From: Candidatus Eiseniibacteriota bacterium
GTDB taxonomy: Bacteria; Eisenbacteria; RBG-16-71-46
Length of the DNA stretch: 64,000 nucleotides
Direction of reading: 5' to 3'
Assembly: GCA_044223005.1 (NCBI GenBank)
Contig: JBGAML010000002.1
Coordinates: forward strand, 273,868-337,867
Under the pieces are notes generated by a model. That model was not told where the DNA came from, did not search any database, and saw only the letters and a program-made list of their open reading frames with translations. A program made the position numbers and the translations under genes. Positions within the stretch are counted from its first letter, which is position 1. Each line of letters opens with the position of its first letter. Shown here piece after piece: positions 51,018-59,733 of this stretch.

Positions 51018-52562
51018 GTGAGCGACGTGCTGCTCGAGGTGCGCGGGCTGACGCGCGATTTCCCCGGCGTGCGCGCGCTGGAGGACGTGTCGTTCGACGT
51101 GCGCCGCGGCGAGATCCACGCGCTGGTGGGCGAGAACGGCGCGGGCAAGTCGACGCTCCTCAAGATCCTGGGCGGCATCGATCCCATGGGCGGCTGGAGC
51201 GGCGCGTTCGCGCTGGACGGCCGCCCGCAGCACTACCGTTCCGTGCGCGACGCGGAGGCCGCGGGCATCGCGGTGATCCACCAGGAGCTGGCGCTGGTGC
51301 GCACGCTCTCGGTGGCGGAGAACCTCTTCCTGGGCGCCGAGCGGCTCGCGGCGCCGGGCGTCGTGGACTGGCCGCGCACGACCCGCGACGCGGAGGCCGC
51401 GCTCGCGCGCGTCGGGCTGCGCGTGAGCCCGGCGACGCGCGTGAGCGAGCTGGGCATGGGCGAGCAGCAGTTGGTCGAGATCGCGCGCGCGCTGACGCGC
51501 GACGCGCGGCTGCTGGTCCTGGACGAGCCGAGCGCGTCGCTCGCCGAGGCCGAGACCGACCGCCTGCTCGAGATCCTGAACGGCCTGCGCGCCCGCGGCG
51601 TGAGCGCGATCTACGTCTCGCACCGCCTGGGCGAAGTGCGGCGCATCGCCGACCGCGTCACCGTGCTGCGGGATGGTCGCGTCGTCGAGACCGACGACGT
51701 CGGGCGCATGAGCGAGCAGCGCATGGTGCGCAGCATGGTCGGGCGCGAGCTGGGCGAGCTCTACCCGCACCGCGTGCGCGAGCCCGGCGAGGCGCTGCTC
51801 GCGGTCGAGGGCTGGACGGTCGCCGATCCGGCCGACGGCCGCACGCGCGTGCGCGACGTGTCGTTCGAGGTGCGCCGCGGCGAGATCCTCGGAATCGCCG
51901 GGCTCGTGGGCGCGGGCCGCACCGAACTGGTGACGAGCCTGTTCGGCGCGTGGGGCCGGCCGGTGGCGGGCCGCATGCGGATCGGCGGGCGCGAGGTGCG
52001 CGTGCGCGATCCGCACGAGGCGATCGCGCTCGGGCTGGGGCTCGTGACCGAGGACCGCAAGCGCGGCGGCATCGTGCCCGAGCTGGACGTCGTGCGGAAC
52101 ACGACGCTCGCGAGCCTCGCGCGCGTTTCGCGCGCGGGCGTGATCGACCACGCGGCCGAGGCGCGCACCGCCGCCCGCAGTGCCGCCGAGCTGCACGTGC
52201 GCGCTTCGGCGCTCGACCGGCGCGTGCGCGAGCTCTCGGGCGGCAACCAGCAGAAGGTACTGATCGCGCGGGCGCTGCTCGCCGAGCCGCGCGTGCTGTT
52301 CCTGGACGAGCCCACGCGCGGGATCGACGTCGGGGCGCGGGCCGAGATCTACGAGATACTCGAATCGCTCGCCGACCGCGGCGTGGGGGTGGTGATCGTC
52401 TCGAGCGACCTGCCCGAGGTGCTCGGCATGAGCGATCGCGTGCTCGTGATGTGCGAAGGCCGCGCGACCGCCATGCTGGCGCGAGCCGAGGCGACCGAGG
52501 AGCGGGTGATGGGCTTCGCGACCGGGGCGATCGCGGTGGCGGCCAGCGGGAGGCGATCGTGA
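51018..52562 (+). CDS. xylG: Sugar ABC transporter ATP-binding protein (double NBD)
   Basis: GENGAGKST, IHQEL, LSGGNQQK, DEPTRGIDVGA. Confidence 0.85.
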   Translation: MSDVLLEVRGLTRDFPGVRALEDVSFDVRRGEIHALVGENGAGKSTLLKILGGIDPMGGWSGAFALDGRPQHYRSVRDAEAAGIAVIHQELALVRTLSVAENLFLGAERLAAPGVVDWPRTTRDAEAALARVGLRVSPATRVSELGMGEQQLVEIARALTRDARLLVLDEPSASLAEAETDRLLEILNGLRARGVSAIYVSHRLGEVRRIADRVTVLRDGRVVETDDVGRMSEQRMVRSMVGRELGELYPHRVREPGEALLAVEGWTVADPADGRTRVRDVSFEVRRGEILGIAGLVGAGRTELVTSLFGAWGRPVAGRMRIGGREVRVRDPHEAIALGLGLVTEDRKRGGIVPELDVVRNTTLASLARVSRAGVIDHAAEARTAARSAAELHVRASALDRRVRELSGGNQQKVLIARALLAEPRVLFLDEPTRGIDVGARAEIYEILESLADRGVGVVIVSSDLPEVLGMSDRVLVMCEGRATAMLARAEATEERVMGFATGAIAVAASGRRS

Positions 52563-53755
52563 CGGCGCGAGGCGGCTTCGCAGCGGGATTCCGCGCCAAC
52601 GCGCGGCAGTACGTGATGCTCGTGGCGCTGGCCACGATCTGGATCGTGTTCGCGTTCCTCACTGACGGTACGTTCCTCACCGCGCGCAACGTGTCGAACC
52701 TCGTGGTGCAGACGGTGACGACCGCGATCCTCGCGATGGGCATCGTGCTCGTGATCGTGGCGGGACACATCGACCTCTCGGTCGGCTCGGTGCTCGGCTT
52801 CACGGGTGCGGTGTGCGCGACGCTCATGATCTCGCACGGCTGGGGCGTCGTGCCCTCGATCCTGGCGACACTCGCCGTGGGGCTCGCGATCGGTGCGTGG
52901 CACGGCTTCTGGATCGCCTACCGGCGCGTGCCCGCGTTCATCGTGACGCTGGCGTCCATGCTCGCGTTTCGCGGGTTGATCATCGGGATCACGGGCGGCC
53001 AGACTCAGGGGCTCGAGATGGCGCGCGAATCCGTGGCCGCGAGCTTCCAGCGGATCGGCCAGGGTAACCTGCCCACGTGGCGGCCCGCCGTCGAGGGCCA
53101 GTTGCACGACACGACGCTCGCCGCCTCGCTGCTGGTGCTCGCGATCGTGGTGGCGATGCGGCTGCGCGCCCGCGCCGCGCGGCGGCGCGACGGCCTGCCG
53201 CCGGTGCCGGTGTGGATCGAGGCGGCCCGGCTCGCGCTGCTGGTCACGGCGGTCGCGGGCTTCGGCGGCGTCATGACGTTCTACCAGGGCCTGCCGTGGT
53301 CGGTCGTGCTGCTGCTCGCGCTCGCCGCGGTCTTCAGTTTCGTGGCCAACGACACCACGTTCGGCCGCCGGCTCTACGCGATCGGGGGCAACGCCGAGGC
53401 CGCGCGGCTCGCCGGGATCGACGTCCCGCGGACGACGCTGGGCCTCTTCGTCACCATGGGCGTGATGAGCGCGCTGGCGGGCATCGTGACCACGTCGCGG
53501 CTGAATGCGGCGACCACGTCGGCAGGCCAGAACGCCGAACTCGACGCGATCGCAGCCGCGGTGATCGGCGGCGCGTCGCTGATGGGCGGCGAGGGCACGG
53601 TGGTGGGCGCGCTCGTCGGCGCGCTGGTGATGGCGTCGCTCGACAACGGCATGAGCCTGCTGAACCTCGACATCACGTGGCAGTACGTGATCAAGGGACT
53701 GATCCTGCTCTTCGCCGTGTGGGCCGACGTGGCGCAGCGCAAGACCGCGCGCTGA
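52559..53755 (+). CDS. xylH: Sugar ABC transporter permease
   Basis: GHIDLSVGS, VPAFIVTL, YAIGGNAEAARLAGI, ELDAIAAAVIGG; GTGA overlap. Confidence 0.85.
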   Translation: MTARGGFAAGFRANARQYVMLVALATIWIVFAFLTDGTFLTARNVSNLVVQTVTTAILAMGIVLVIVAGHIDLSVGSVLGFTGAVCATLMISHGWGVVPSILATLAVGLAIGAWHGFWIAYRRVPAFIVTLASMLAFRGLIIGITGGQTQGLEMARESVAASFQRIGQGNLPTWRPAVEGQLHDTTLAASLLVLAIVVAMRLRARAARRRDGLPPVPVWIEAARLALLVTAVAGFGGVMTFYQGLPWSVVLLLALAAVFSFVANDTTFGRRLYAIGGNAEAARLAGIDVPRTTLGLFVTMGVMSALAGIVTTSRLNAATTSAGQNAELDAIAAAVIGGASLMGGEGTVVGALVGALVMASLDNGMSLLNLDITWQYVIKGLILLFAVWADVAQRKTAR

Positions 53756-53776
53756 GATCGTCCGGGCGCATCCGCC

Positions 53777-54181
53777 TCAGCGGCGGAAGCGCCCGTGGCC
53801 GTGACCGAAGCGGAAGCCGAGGTCCACGAACACGCCCGGCCGCCAGGGCCCCCAGTAGGGCGCGTAGTACCACGCCGGGTAGGGGCCGACGTACGACACG
53901 TACGGGTGCGGGCCCCACTCGGGGTCGAAGGCGGGGGCGAGGTCGCGGCCCTCGGTCTGCAGCATCGCCGAGATCACCGCGTCCGAGACGCCGGCATCCT
54001 GCAGGTCACGGATGTCGCCGCCGTCCAGGTGGAACGTCGCGCCGCTGTACCGGATCTTCTGGACGATCAGCGAGTCGGCGATGCCGGAGCGGTGCATGAA
54101 CACGACGTCCTTCGTGTTCATCGCCCAGGCGGCCGTGGCCGCCAGCATCGCGGCCAGGGTGAAGAGGACGAGGCGCCTCAT
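53777..54181 (-). CDS. Hypothetical secreted protein with Pro/Tyr-rich tail
   Basis: Signal peptide; DIRDLQDAGVSDAVISAM; GAAGGAGG upstream. Confidence 0.7.
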   Translation of the reverse strand: MRRLVLFTLAAMLAATAAWAMNTKDVVFMHRSGIADSLIVQKIRYSGATFHLDGGDIRDLQDAGVSDAVISAMLQTEGRDLAPAFDPEWGPHPYVSYVGPYPAWYYAPYWGPWRPGVFVDLGFRFGHGHGRFRR

Positions 54182-54471
54182 GGCGAGCCTCCTTCCTTCC
54201 CGGCACGTGGGCCGGGATCGTCGCGGGTGTGGATCGCGCGGCCTTCACCCGTAGAGACGTACGAGCGCGCGGAAGGTTGTGGTGCCGGCGTCAGGAATGG
54301 CGTGCTGCCCCGGCCTCACGGAACCTTGTCGCGATCGTGTGCGTCCAACCGTCGGGAGGAGGGCACGCGGCGTCGCGACGTTCGCGCCGGCCCCCTGCAC
54401 GCCGCGGTCCACGGCCTCCCGCGTGGCGCACGCGCGCCGCGCGATCGTCGGATCCAACCCGGAGCCGTGCC

Positions 54472-55236
54472 ATGCGCGCATTCGCAGGGGGTGCGTGGAT
54501 CGTGTTCGCGGTGGGCCTCGCGGCCGCGCCGCGACTGGTGCACGCGGACGTCACGATCGTCGGGCGCTACACGTTCGTGAGCGGCGATACGACCACGCGC
54601 GCGAGCTACTTCAGCTCGCGCCGCATCCGCGTCTCGACGCCCGACGGGCGCGAAGTCGTGTTCGATTCGAAGACGCAGCAGTTGACGCTGGTCGACCCGG
54701 CCCGTCACGTGTACTGGACGGGGCCGCTCGCGCGTGCCGACAGCGTCGTGGACGTGATCGACGGCTCGCGCTGGGCGGCGATGCTTCGACACGCCGGCGG
54801 CGAGGTGAAGGACGAGTGGGCGCGCGACATGCAGTTCCCCGCCGACTCGGTGTTCGTCTCGAACCCGTTCGGCACCCGCACCATCGCGGGCTATCCGTGC
54901 AATCGCTGGACGATTCGCGCGGGTGGCCTCCTGAGCGGCGAGTACTGGGTCGCGTACGCGCTCGACACCGACGACTTCGAGCAGTCCATGCAGGACGTGA
55001 TGCTCGCCGCGTTCCGGGACCCGGTGGCCCGTGGCCTGATGAGCATGTACTGGGATTCGCGCGCGACCGACGGCCTGCCGCTCGCGTCCACGGTGACGTT
55101 CACGTCGCCCACGCAACGCGGCACGTTCCACTGGGAGGCGCTGTCGGTGAGCGACGCGCGCATCCCGGAGAGCGCGTGGTCACCGCCGCCGGGCTGCGTC
55201 CCGGTGCAGCTCTCGGCCGAGGTCGCGGGTGAGTGA
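54472..55236 (+). CDS. Secreted DUF4412-like protein
   Basis: Signal peptide then DVTI; GTRTIAGYPC; IPESAWSPPPG. Confidence 0.65.
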   Translation: MRAFAGGAWIVFAVGLAAAPRLVHADVTIVGRYTFVSGDTTTRASYFSSRRIRVSTPDGREVVFDSKTQQLTLVDPARHVYWTGPLARADSVVDVIDGSRWAAMLRHAGGEVKDEWARDMQFPADSVFVSNPFGTRTIAGYPCNRWTIRAGGLLSGEYWVAYALDTDDFEQSMQDVMLAAFRDPVARGLMSMYWDSRATDGLPLASTVTFTSPTQRGTFHWEALSVSDARIPESAWSPPPGCVPVQLSAEVAGE

Positions 55237-55294
55237 GCACGACGCCCCGGTGCCGATGCGGCACCGGGGCGTCGTCGTCCGGCGGGTCGTCCGA

Positions 55295-55768
55295 TCAGGC
55301 CTCGTGCGCCTCGACGAACCAGAGGTCCTTGTCGACTTCGCGCGAGATCTCGGTGGCGAGATCGGCGCTGTCGGCGTCGCCGGCTTCGGCGAACTCGTCG
55401 ATCGCGGTGCGCACGTATTCGCCGAAGGTCGCGAGTGCGGCAGCGACGAGCGCGACGTGCTCGTGGTCGGCGACCACGTCCGTCGGGTAGGGCTCGAGCC
55501 GCGTGGCCTTCGCCGCGGCCTGCAGCGTGCCCGTCGGCTGGCCGCCCAGCGCGGCGACGCGCTCGGCGATCGTGTCGGTCCATTCGCCGCCGTGCTCGTA
55601 GACGTCGTCGAAGAGCTTGTGCAGCGCGATGAAGTTGGGGCCGCGCAGCGCCCAGTGGGCCTGCTTGGCCTGCATCGTGAGATCGGCGGCGTCGGCGAGC
55701 AGCTGGTTCAGCGAGGCGCAGACCTTCTTGCGCGCCTTCTCGGGCAGGGTGTTGCGGGTCTTGTTCAT
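55295..55768 (-). CDS. dps: DNA starvation/stationary phase protection protein Dps
   Basis: KQAHWALRGPNFIALHKLFD, DTIAER, DKDLWFVEAH. Confidence 0.95.
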   Translation of the reverse strand: MNKTRNTLPEKARKKVCASLNQLLADAADLTMQAKQAHWALRGPNFIALHKLFDDVYEHGGEWTDTIAERVAALGGQPTGTLQAAAKATRLEPYPTDVVADHEHVALVAAALATFGEYVRTAIDEFAEAGDADSADLATEISREVDKDLWFVEAHEA

Positions 55769-56001
55769 GTCGTGAGCCTTTCGCGTCGTGCGTGCCGCAC
55801 GGGCAGGCCGCCCGCGCGGGATGTCGCGGCCGCGAAGACCGTAGACCCGGCGGCGCCGGGGCTCAACCGCGCCACACGTGCCCCGCGCTTGACCGGGTGC
55901 GCGGGCTCGCGCACCCTCGCCCGACTCGATTTCCGCGCTGGGCCGCCCCCGCGAATCGCGCGCGGGCCGGCGTCCCCGCGCCCGGCCGGGAGGGCGGTTC
56001 C

Positions 56002-59000
56002 ATCCACCGCGAGTACGTCACCTCGGGCTTCCTCGCGCTGCGCACCCCGATGCTCCCGTTCTCGACGCTCGAGACGTGGGCGGCGGGACTCACGTGCGCG
56101 CGCGATCCGGACGACGCGGCGTGCTGGCGGCGCGATCGCGAGGCGGCCCGCGCGGTGCTGCGCGCGCACCTCGCCGAGCCGCTGGTGCACGAGGCGATCG
56201 CGCTCGCGTCGCCGGCGCTGCTCGAGCGGTTGCCGGCCTGGCTCGCCGATCCCGATGCGGAGCCCGGTGTGGAAGCGGGCCTGGTGAAGTACGTCTCGCG
56301 CATGGCGGCGCGAGCGACGCCCTTCGGCACGTTCGCGGGCACCTCGCTCGCGCGCATCGGCGGCGCGCCGCGGCTCGAGCTGCCCTCGCGCCGCACCGCG
56401 GTGCGCCATTCGCGCCTGGACATGGACGCGCTGAGCGAGGTGGTGGCGGTGCTCGAGCGTGATCCCGCGATCCGCGCGGGCGCGACCTACTCGCCCAACA
56501 CGAGCCTCTACCGGATCGGCGACACGCTGCGCTACGCCGAGGCCCGACGGCGCGACGGCGTGCGGACCTACTTCCTCGTGAGCGTCGAGGCCAACGACGC
56601 CGTGGTCGCACTGCTCGACGCGGCGCGTGGCGGGGCGACGCTGGACGCGCTCGCGGACGTGCTCGCCTCCGACGAGCTTCCGCGCGAGGACGTGCTGGCG
56701 TTCGTGCACGAGCTGGTGGACGCACAGCTGCTGGTCGCGGATCTGGGGCCGGTCGTAACGGGCCCGGACGCGTTGGACGAGCTGATCGGCCGGCTCGATC
56801 GCTTCGTGCCCGCGCACCCGGCCCGCGCGACGCTCGCGGCGACGCGCGACGCGCTGCACGCGCTCGACGCGGGCGGGCTGGGCGCGCCGGATACGGCGTA
56901 CGCGGCGATCGCCCGCGGGCTGGCCCCGCTGGTGGACGCCGATCCCGCGAAGCTGCTGCAGGTGAACCTGCACCGGCCGGCGCCCGAGGCGGCGCTCGAC
57001 GAGGGGCTCGTCGACGAACTGCTGCGCGCCTCCGACCTGCTGCTCGGCCTGTTCACGCGCGGCCGCACCGACGGCCTCGAGGAGTTCCGGCGCGCGTTCG
57101 AGGGACGCTACGGCGATCGCGAAGTCGCGCTGGTCGAGGCGCTCGACGAGGAGCACGGCATCGGTTTCGGCGCGTCGCAGGGGCCGGACACCGATCCCTC
57201 GCCGCTGCTCTCGGGGCTGCAGCTGCCGAGCGCGCCGGGCGAGAACCGCCCGCGCTTCGACGAGCGGCTGGAGTTCCTGCAGTGGCGCGTGGCCAGCGCG
57301 ATCGCCGCGAACGCAGCGGAGGTGCGGCTCGAGCCCGCCGAGCTGGAGCGGTTTCGCGATCCCGAGAATCCCGGGCTGCCGGGGGCGTTCCACGTCATGG
57401 CGGTGCTGCTTGCGGGCGATCCCGGCGACCCGGCCACGCCGCGGGCCGTGTTCGAATCCGCGGCGGGGCCCTCGGGCATCCGCATGCTCGGGCGCTTCGG
57501 CCACGGCGATCCCGAGCTGGCCGAGCGCATGCGCGAGCACGCGCGCGCCGAGGCGGCGCTGCGGCCGGACGTCACGTACTTCGAGATCGTGCACATGCCG
57601 GAGGGCCGCGTCGGCAACGTGATCGCGCGGCCGCTGCTGCGCGAGTACGAACTCGCCTGGCTCGGGAGCTCGGGCGCACCGCCCGAGCGGACGCTCGACG
57701 TGAACGACCTCACCGTGCGGCTCGAGTCGGGCCGCATCGCGCTCCGCTCGCGCCGGCTCGGCTGCGACGTACGGCCGCGGCTCACGTCCGCGCACCAGAC
57801 GGCGATCCGCAGCCTCGGCACGTACCGCTTCCTCGCGGCGCTGCAGGCCGAGGGCGTGGCGATCGGGACGGCGTGGCCGTGGGGCCCGCTCGAGTACCAG
57901 CCGCGCCTGCCGCGCGTGCGCATGGGGCGCATCGTGCTCGCGCGCCAGCGCTGGAACGCGAGCGCCGACGAGGCGAAGCGCCTGCACGGGCGCACCGGAC
58001 ACGACGCGTTCCGCGCGGTGCAGCGCTGGCGCGCCGAGCGCGGGCTGCCGCGCTTCGTCGGGCTCGTGAACGCCGACAACGTGCTGCCGCTCGATCTCGA
58101 CCAGCCGCTGTCGGTGGACGCGTTCCTGTCGGAGCTCTCGGGTCGCGATCCGTTCACGCTCGAGGAGCTGCTGCCGGGTGCGCGGCCCGATCCGGTCGAA
58201 TCGCCCGAGGGCCGGCTCGCCGCCGAGGTCGTGATCCCGATCGTGCGCCGTCCCGTGGCGCCGCCGCCGCGGCCGGCCGGCGCGCTGCGCACGCACGCCG
58301 CGGGCGAGAGCGCGTTCGATCCGGGATCGGAGTGGCTGACGGTGAAGCTCTACGCGGGGCCCGCGGCTGCCGATCGCGTGCTGGTCGAGGCCGTGGCGCC
58401 CGCGTTCGAGCAGCTGCTCGCGGACGGCGTCGTGCGCGGCGGCTTCTTCGTGCGCTACGCCGACCCCGACACGCACCTGCGCGTCCGCCTGCAGGGCGAG
58501 CCGCAGCGGCTGCTGGCCGAGGCGTTCCCGCGCCTGCGCGCGGCGTACGCGCCGTTCGTCGACGCGGGCACGATCCACCGCGTGCAGCTCGAACCCTACG
58601 TGCGCGAGACACTCCGCTACGGTGGGCCGCGCGGGATCGTGGAATGCGAGGCGATCTTCCGGCACGATTCGCGCGCGGCGATGGCGTTCGTCGCCGCCGC
58701 GCCCGGCGAGCGCGGGCTCGACGCGCGCTGGCGGTTCGTGCTGCTCGGCATGGACCGCCTGATGGAGGACTTCGGGCGAACGCTGGAGCAGCGCCGCGCG
58801 CTGCAGTCCGTGCTCGCGCGCGGCTTCGCCGACGAGCACCGTGTCGACTCGCCGGCGCGCAAGCGCATCATGTCCCGCTGGCGCGAGGAGCGCGCCGGGA
58901 TCGAGGCGCTCCTCGCGGGCGCGGTTCCCGACGACTCGCCGCTCGCGATCGGGGCGGCGCTGCTCGCCGGCCGCTCGCGCGCGATCGCGCCGCACGTGGC

Positions 59001-59193
59001 GGCGCTGCGGGCGCTGGACGCCGCGGGCGAGCTCACCGTGGGCGTGGACGACCTGCTCGGCAGCCTGCTGCACATGCACGCCAACCGCGTACTGCGCTCG
59101 TCGGCGCGCGCGCACGAACTCGTGATCCACCACTGGCTGGAGAGCGCCTACGCGTCGCGGCTCGCGCGCGGGGCCGGGGAGGGACGCGCGTGA
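56002..59193 (+). CDS. lanB: Class I lanthipeptide dehydratase LanB (full length; start uncertain)
   Basis: LRTP, KYVSRMAARATPFGTFAG, GRF, GNVIARP, PRV, DNVLPLD, WLTVKLY, FFVRYADPDTHLRVR, SLLHMHANR. Confidence 0.92.
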   Translation: MHREYVTSGFLALRTPMLPFSTLETWAAGLTCARDPDDAACWRRDREAARAVLRAHLAEPLVHEAIALASPALLERLPAWLADPDAEPGVEAGLVKYVSRMAARATPFGTFAGTSLARIGGAPRLELPSRRTAVRHSRLDMDALSEVVAVLERDPAIRAGATYSPNTSLYRIGDTLRYAEARRRDGVRTYFLVSVEANDAVVALLDAARGGATLDALADVLASDELPREDVLAFVHELVDAQLLVADLGPVVTGPDALDELIGRLDRFVPAHPARATLAATRDALHALDAGGLGAPDTAYAAIARGLAPLVDADPAKLLQVNLHRPAPEAALDEGLVDELLRASDLLLGLFTRGRTDGLEEFRRAFEGRYGDREVALVEALDEEHGIGFGASQGPDTDPSPLLSGLQLPSAPGENRPRFDERLEFLQWRVASAIAANAAEVRLEPAELERFRDPENPGLPGAFHVMAVLLAGDPGDPATPRAVFESAAGPSGIRMLGRFGHGDPELAERMREHARAEAALRPDVTYFEIVHMPEGRVGNVIARPLLREYELAWLGSSGAPPERTLDVNDLTVRLESGRIALRSRRLGCDVRPRLTSAHQTAIRSLGTYRFLAALQAEGVAIGTAWPWGPLEYQPRLPRVRMGRIVLARQRWNASADEAKRLHGRTGHDAFRAVQRWRAERGLPRFVGLVNADNVLPLDLDQPLSVDAFLSELSGRDPFTLEELLPGARPDPVESPEGRLAAEVVIPIVRRPVAPPPRPAGALRTHAAGESAFDPGSEWLTVKLYAGPAAADRVLVEAVAPAFEQLLADGVVRGGFFVRYADPDTHLRVRLQGEPQRLLAEAFPRLRAAYAPFVDAGTIHRVQLEPYVRETLRYGGPRGIVECEAIFRHDSRAAMAFVAAAPGERGLDARWRFVLLGMDRLMEDFGRTLEQRRALQSVLARGFADEHRVDSPARKRIMSRWREERAGIEALLAGAVPDDSPLAIGAALLAGRSRAIAPHVAALRALDAAGELTVGVDDLLGSLLHMHANRVLRSSARAHELVIHHWLESAYASRLARGAGEGRA

Positions 59194-59733
59194 GCGCCGA
59201 CGACCGCGGGCACGATCCGCTCTTCCGCCGCGAGGCGGTCGAGGACTACCTGCGCGGCCGCGACCACGGCCGCCTGCTCGACGTGTCGCCGTTCTGGTCG
59301 GTCTGGGCGTTCGGCCTGCTCGTGCTGGTGTTCGCCGGCGCAGTGGCGTTCGCGGCGTTCGCGCCGATCGGCACGGATGTGCGCTGCGTCGCGGTCGTGC
59401 GCGCGGACGCCGCCGGCGCCGCCGAGGTGCAGGTCGCGCTGCCGGCGGACGTGCCGGCGCCGCCGCCCGGCGCGCGCGTCGCGATCGAGTTCGGCGCCGG
59501 CACGCCGCTGCGGCGCGTGCTGCACGCCGCGGCGGTCGGCCCGGTCGTGGACCCGGCGGCGGCGCGACGCGCTGGGCGCCGGCGAGGGCGCGATCGGCGG
59601 CCCGGTGCGGCTGCTGCGCGCCCCGCTGCCGGCGGACGCGGCGCTGGCGCCGGGCGCGCGCGGCGCGGCGTGGGTGCGCACCGGCACGACGACGCTGCTG
59701 CGCGCGCTCGCGTTCGAACGGAGCCGCCCGTGA
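59190..59733 (+). pseudogene. Short HlyD/MFP-like accessory gene with a frameshift near 59565
   Basis: N-terminus LFRREAVE plus TM in one frame; C-terminus APGARGAAWVRTGTTTLLRALAFE in the +1 frame, ending in a GTGA overlap with the exporter. Confidence 0.7.
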
